A stretch of DNA of 57,413 nt, filler included, from Catajapyx aquilonaris (Eukaryota), in assembly GCA_000934665.2 (NCBI GenBank). It is 3 parts of 3 records of this genome, joined end to end, with 100 filler letters (N's around TTAATTAATTAA, not from the genome) between each part and the next. Parts side by side here need not be neighbours in the genome. Positions count along the whole stretch, not along the records: positions 38,344 to 57,413 come from JYFJ02006539.1; 2 more parts are not named here. One strand, 5' to 3'. Of the stretch, positions 51,926-57,413 are shown one piece after another. The first letter of the stretch is position 1, and each line of letters begins with the position of its first letter. The notes under the pieces are model-generated. The model did no database searches. It was not told the DNA's origin and saw only the letters and a list, made by a program, of their open reading frames with translations. Made by a program: the position numbers and the translations under genes.

Positions 51926-52501
51926 CAGGGTGGTCAGTAAATGATGCCCGATCTTCACATAATGAGAATTTTTGGGAAAAAACAGCATAGGGAAGTGAAG
52001 GTATGAGTGTCCTACGATGTGTGGTTATCGCTCACGAGGCCTCTGAAAGTTGTAACCAAATCATGACGTTACATCTGCTTGCACCATTCAAACGCTACTG
52101 TATGCAGGTGGTATGCAGTGACACCGATTGCCAATGTACGAAGGATCGAATGAGGACAACCGGAATGAATGATGAGGCGCAACTTGCCCATGGAGCTCTT
52201 GTACAGTACTACATGTTCCAGCGGCTCTCACAATGACGTCCGCTGCCTGCATTGTCCACTGTCAGAATCACGGTCAGAATTTCTTGCTTGCTTCATGTAC
52301 TGGCGTACTGCATACATTAGTGATATGGTAGCATTCGAATAGTGCAGGTGGATGTGACGTCATGATTTGGTTCCAACTTTCGGGAGGCCTCATGAGCTCT
52401 AACGATGCATCATGGGGCACTCAGACCTTGACTTCTCTATACTAGTTTTTCCCTAGGTATCTCATTACTTGAAGATCGGGCCCCATTTACCGACCACTCT
52501 G
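51926..52501. mobile_element. Palindromic Tc1/mariner MITE, diverged
   Basis: CAGGGTGGTCAGTAAATG..CCCGATCTTCA / TGAAGATCGGG..CATTTACCGACCACTCTG with TA TSD. Confidence 0.85.
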
Positions 52502-52585
52502 TATAATATGTAATATGTGCTGCAGTAAGTGCTCCGCCAGGGGGAAAGAAGTTTGCTTCTCTGCACAGCTCATGTGTAAGGAAAT

Positions 52586-52886
52586 TTTATTTATTTATTT
52601 TATTTATATTACCCCATTGGGATAATCAGCGCTCCATTAGGGGGTGTGGAATACCACCATTTTACCACTCGAAATCTTTCTGAAACTTTCACACATGGAT
52701 GGGGCCAAGGATAGGGAAGGAAGGGAGCAGCTGTGGCCTATTATATGGAAACGACCCCGGAATTATCCTGGGGGGACCATGGGAAACCACAGAAATCTAC
52801 AGTCAGGATCACCGGCCCCGGGTATCGAACCCAGGACCTTCCGATTACCAGTCGGACTCCTTAACCACTTCACCATCCTGCTTCGG
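52586..52886 (-). mobile_element. tRNA-derived SINE family 3
   Basis: Box B GGTTCGATACC, (AAAT)n tail, TSD TCATGTGTAAGGAAAT at 52570-52585 and 52887-52902. Confidence 0.9.
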
Positions 52887-54045
52887 TCATGTGTAAGGAA
52901 ATAAAAATTGGGTAAAAAATTTCAAAATAACTTTCAGAGTTATTCATTACTTAGGATGGACTACTTACCTACCAATTTCAATAAAATCAGAAACTGACAC
53001 TTGGTGAATGTTTGTTGAAATGGAATGACTGTACCTTAATCATGTGGGAATCGTTATACAGTGGTGATTCACCAGGGTAGATAGGTGAAATGCACTGAGA
53101 TTCCCATAGGGTTGTAAATTATCACAGTGTTTAAAAAAATTTACCGGTACTCCAATAGAACAATGTTTTGGTATCAAACTACACTCAGACACTAGGTTGC
53201 ACTTCAATTTACAATATTAAAATACTTCGTTGCATGATTGAGGCTTCCTATTGGTCCGCTGCATATTGTTACCGCTACACTTGGCTTCGTTCAGCACATG
53301 CACAATGGGTGGAGGATCCATTCAGTTGCATGTTGGCAGGCAGCATGTAAACAACCCTGGCTGTCTCTCCCATCACCTCAACCCTTCCCCACCCACACCC
53401 TCTGTCCCGTCAACCGCAACAGGGCGCCTAATCAGTCACAGGGAATCGAAGAAAAAAAAAAGACCGTATGCAGGGATGTAGAAATGTATAGCCTTTTGAA
53501 TGTTACCATAATTTATCTCGTTGCTTTAGAACTAATGGTGTAGCAACGATTTGAATGCAGAGGCTTTCAGCCCACATTGTTTTCCATTCACTTCGATTCA
53601 CCAGTAGAGTCACTTTTTGACACTTCACCAAAAGAAGTTGAGTGTAGGTGGGTGCCTCAAGGACCGTACTTCCCATCTGTTAAACACCATGCTGATTAAG
53701 GATTTCCTAGGTCCGTACACTGGTGAACCAAAGCCGACAAGTCATTATCACCTATCTTGACAATCATGGAAGGGTAGACGCCAGTTTATAAGGTTCAAAT
53801 GTAGGGTGGGACAGCGTAATGGCAATGGAGGGGCGACAACTGCCTTCTATTGTCTATACATTCTGTAGACTCACTTCGACAGCTAGCTGCAGAGCCATCC
53901 TGGTCTACCATATTTTTGCTACTGTGCACCCTTAAAACGGAGGAAGAGGGAGGGAGGGTGGAGGGGAGTTTTCAGATGGTTGTTGGATCCATGGGAATCG
54001 TCACTGGCTAAGTCCAAAGCAAAACAATCCTGACCCATCAAAGGC

Positions 54046-54082
54046 CTAGAAAAAAAGGGAGCGAAGCGAGGGTTTTTCTAGT
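54046..54082 (+). mobile_element. Helitron-like 3' terminus
   Basis: CTAGAAAAA..GAGCGAAGCGAGGG..TTTTTCTAG|T: short hairpin followed by CTAG-T. Confidence 0.5.
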
Positions 54083-54329
54083 GCAATTTAAAAATAAAAA
54101 TACTTTTTTTTTTTACAAGTTGGGTTTTGAAAAGATAATCATTATTATTTATAATGGTATGCAATGGTACCGAAGGTAGGCATATTAGGAGATTGAGCTG
54201 AATTTCGTATGTCCATTGTTAAAACGTGGACATACAACAATATAATCCTTAGGCGTCGATGTGTGGAAGAGATTTCATTAAAATAAAATTTCACCTAACA
54301 TTCCAATATGGGTGGCATGATGCAGAGTG

Positions 54330-54686
54330 ATTTTTTGTTTGTGCTACCCTGTGCTAGAGCCATTGGCTTTCTTAGGAGGGTGGGATACCACCATATTTTC
54401 TGTATTATTTTCTATTTCTTTCTATTCGAACACCGGAGCAGGGCATCAAGGACATTGGGTAAGGATAGGGATTTTTGGGGAGGGTACACGAGTGCAGGTG
54501 CAGGTGCAATGTCGCAAGTTTGGGCCATGTGCAGTCCCCCAGGAGGTTGGGTTGCCAGACACCTCCAAGGTGCGGGTCAGAGACCCTCACCGACGCAGGT
54601 GAAAGGGAACTCCCAGGCGGGGATAGAACCTGGCACCTTTCACTCAGCAAGCCGAGACGTTACCATCTCGGCCATCTACACCTCCC
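54330..54686 (-). mobile_element. tRNA-derived SINE family 1
   Basis: Shares CACTCAGCAAGCCGAGACGTTACCATCTCGGCCATCTACACC with 4921-4962. Confidence 0.85.
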
Positions 54687-55948
54687 TATGGCATAGTTGT
54701 TAGTGCTGCAGCCTGGTTGGGTGGAGGATTTTCTTATGTGGGAAGAGTTTCAAGAAGTTCTTTCCTTATTCTCATGGGTTTACTGGATATCTCCCATTTC
54801 TGTCCACCTCTCTTCTTCTCCACTCACCTTCCCCTATGCCACATAGCCTGTCGTTGCTTTGGTTCCCCATGATAAACCAAACAAGCCAAACCATAACAGT
54901 TCCACCACACTAGGTGAGAGAAATTTTATCCTAATCTAATGAGTAAGGTCTGAAAGGTGATTGATTTGACATGTATGGACCCCATTTTTAAGGCATTGCA
55001 AGTGAGTGTCTAATGTTTGCTTTCATTGACATTCATTCCTCAGTTATGGCACACCTTGTATCTTGTAACACTTGTGATGATGTGACATACGACCGATACG
55101 GTCCGATGCTTTGTCACACATGCTGATGATCTTAGCCAAGACAGTGTTTTGGCATGTTGGGTTGTCTGAGCATTCATATTGGCTATGTCCAATATGTTGG
55201 CTAATATTAATTCTTCCCTCTTAGAGTTTGGAGTGTGATATGTATAAGGTGTTCAAAGTTGTATATGTGATTACCCAGCACATGTGTATGTACATATAAA
55301 AAACAAATTCTTAGTAGAAAGTTTTGTCGCCTCTAAGAGAAAACAAGTACATATTTTCTGACGAGTTTAGTTTTTAGGGTAGCTCTTCCTTTTGTCCCTG
55401 GAAGGTGCATTGCCTTAGAGCATATCTTCAGAAAAGTAATGCTGTATTTAATATTGTCTTCACTCAGACACACCTAACCATGTGCAATGAAACTGGTCTC
55501 ATTCTTTAATTCATATGTGACCCAGGAAGAGACGTAGTGTGCCTGAAAGAGCTGATGGTGGCATCACTATTTGAAAGGAATGACACCACTTTCTGTTGGA
55601 ATCAAAGTTGTACTCTGGCCTTGTAGTGATGACAAACTTATTTTTGTGTGTGTGAATGATGTTGGGACCAAATCGTATTATTTGTTGTTATATTATTTAA
55701 GAAAAAACTGGTTGTTTGGAGGATGTAGCCAGATGCACGGCAGCTTTGATTCCAAAGAAGAGGCCCATCCATAAGTGAATGACATGAAATAAATGATAGT
55801 GGGCAAAGCATTATTTTTTCTTCTTAACATGGAACCTATACAGTGTTATTTCAGAACCTCGTATACTGTACCTAGGTATGTTCTGTACCATCTTTGTTAC
55901 TTCCTTCAGCTGCAGAACCTAATAAGGACTAATAAGGACTGGGACGTG

Positions 55949-56976
55949 CGAGGGGGTACTCACTCGACTGTAAAGTGTACACCGGAGTACCAAATTCAAG
56001 GAGTACCTGGGAGTACCAAGGAGTAGACCTGCCCGGGAGCATAACTGAACGCCTTAGGGCACTTTCAGTTTATATTCAGCCACATATATGCATTAGCATA
56101 CCGAATATCGGTACGGTACAAGGTGCATACTGTGGTGGCGAAAATCTGTCGGCGAGAGGGAGCACACTACCTATAATAATGGCTACCCCGTGATAAGCCC
56201 CCTTGGGCTCTTGAGGGGATCATCTTTTTAATTAACGACTTGAATCATTGCCTTTGCTATGATGGATTTTGATAGTGGGAGGAAACGGGAGAACCCCGAG
56301 AAAACCCACTCGAACACGGAGAGAACCCATCGAAACTCTATCCACATAAGTATCCTCTGTCCGATCCGGGGATCGAGCTCGGGACCTTGGAGGTGGAAGG
56401 CTGTGGCGCTAACCACTCCGCCACCGTGTCGCCCTTGGGACCGCACTACCTATACTTCCCTTGCGTGATGTCATTAGGCGCACCAGGCAGGCGCGGGGAA
56501 TACGAATTTACATGCAGTTTAACGTAGTGTTGGCAAAAACACAGGATATTATTATTATGTGGAATTGTGCTGGGACCAGCCTTTAGAGTCTGTCATTATC
56601 GAGATCTGTTATAGACGAGGTTGTTATATCCGGATTCAACCGTATCATCATCATCGAGGATGATGTTAGTTGAATCCGGATATAATAGCTTCGGCTGTAA
56701 CAGACTTTCGGTTATAACAGACTGGAAATAATGGTCCCTCCATACTTCCATAAGGCCATGTGAATTTTACTCCCGATATAATAGATTAATTTCACCTCAT
56801 CTCGACTATAACAAACAATTTTTTGGCCCCTTGGGATTGGCAGCACGACACGAGAGGGAAAAGCTCCTCACGTTATGAGCATATTTGTTTATTGTCTGGG
56901 AGCGCCAAGGAGTACCGAAGGGTAGGCTACCACTGCAGGTGTATTACACCGGAGTACCGACGTGAATACCCCCTTG
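55949..56976. mobile_element. hAT-type non-autonomous element with nested SINE and MITE
   Basis: TIR CGAGGGGGTACTCAC / GTGAATACCCCCTTG; 8-bp TSD GGGACGTG at 55941-55948 and 56977-56984; subterminal GGAGTACC repeats. Confidence 0.85.
56176..56443 (-). mobile_element. tRNA-derived SINE family 4
   Basis: Box A TGGCGGAGTGG, box B-like GCTCGATCCC; TSD CACTACCTATA at 56165-56175 and 56444-56454. Confidence 0.85.
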
Positions 56977-57413
56977 GGGACGTGGTGGTTTGAAATGTAT
57001 AACCGATTTGTATGACGTATTCATATTCCCGCATTTGTCACTTTTTCAGAGAGGTTGTGAGGTTACATAAGGACCCTTGTAATGTTATTGTCCAAGAATG
57101 TTTAATCCACTTGTTCCCAAGGTTTATACAGGGTGATCCAACTCTACGGCACCAACAGTTATTGGCAAAATCAGCAAGCTGCTTGTTTATAAGCAGGTCG
57201 TTGCTAAGAGATCAATAAGAGATACTTTCTGGAGAATAGGGAATAGCACCTGCTGATATTAGGTCCAATGCCCATGTAACAATTAATGAGGGAAAAAAGG
57301 GTCGTCCCGTCCGTGGGAAACAGGCTGTTCTGGTGTTCGCTGGAGGGTTTCACATGAGGTCACTAGCTGCCAAACCACAGGCCCAATCCGTCGGAACTGG
57401 ACAGACCCGGGTG

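Overview
Repeat-rich eukaryotic (arthropod, probably insect) DNA in three segments joined by two 100-nt N spacers containing TTAATTAATTAA (19059-19158, 38244-38343), so adjacency across them is unproven. One conserved host gene fragment is visible: two 3' exons of an insect LRR/Ig membrane-protein-like gene (40876-41590). Most of the rest is mobile DNA: Transib, Sola, EnSpm/CACTA, ISL2EU/Harbinger, THAP, Helitron, mariner/Tc1, hAT and AcademX elements, two LINE fragments, several tRNA-derived SINEs and palindromic MITEs. Four observations stand out. (1) An apparently intact two-exon gene (25213-26057, minus strand) fuses ankyrin repeats to an RNF34/RFFL-like SAP+RING C-terminus once a 53-nt intron is removed. 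(2) Its upstream ~860-bp promoter/leader-like module is duplicated and joined, within the same intron, to a different exon set. (3) A 331-bp AGTAGT-ended hairpin element has a 6-bp TSD (Polinton/Maverick signature), and its empty site is preserved in a paralogous copy. (4) A ~13-kb block of shuffled, unidentifiable modules surrounds an EnSpm transposase relic. All family assignments come from recalled motifs, not database searches.
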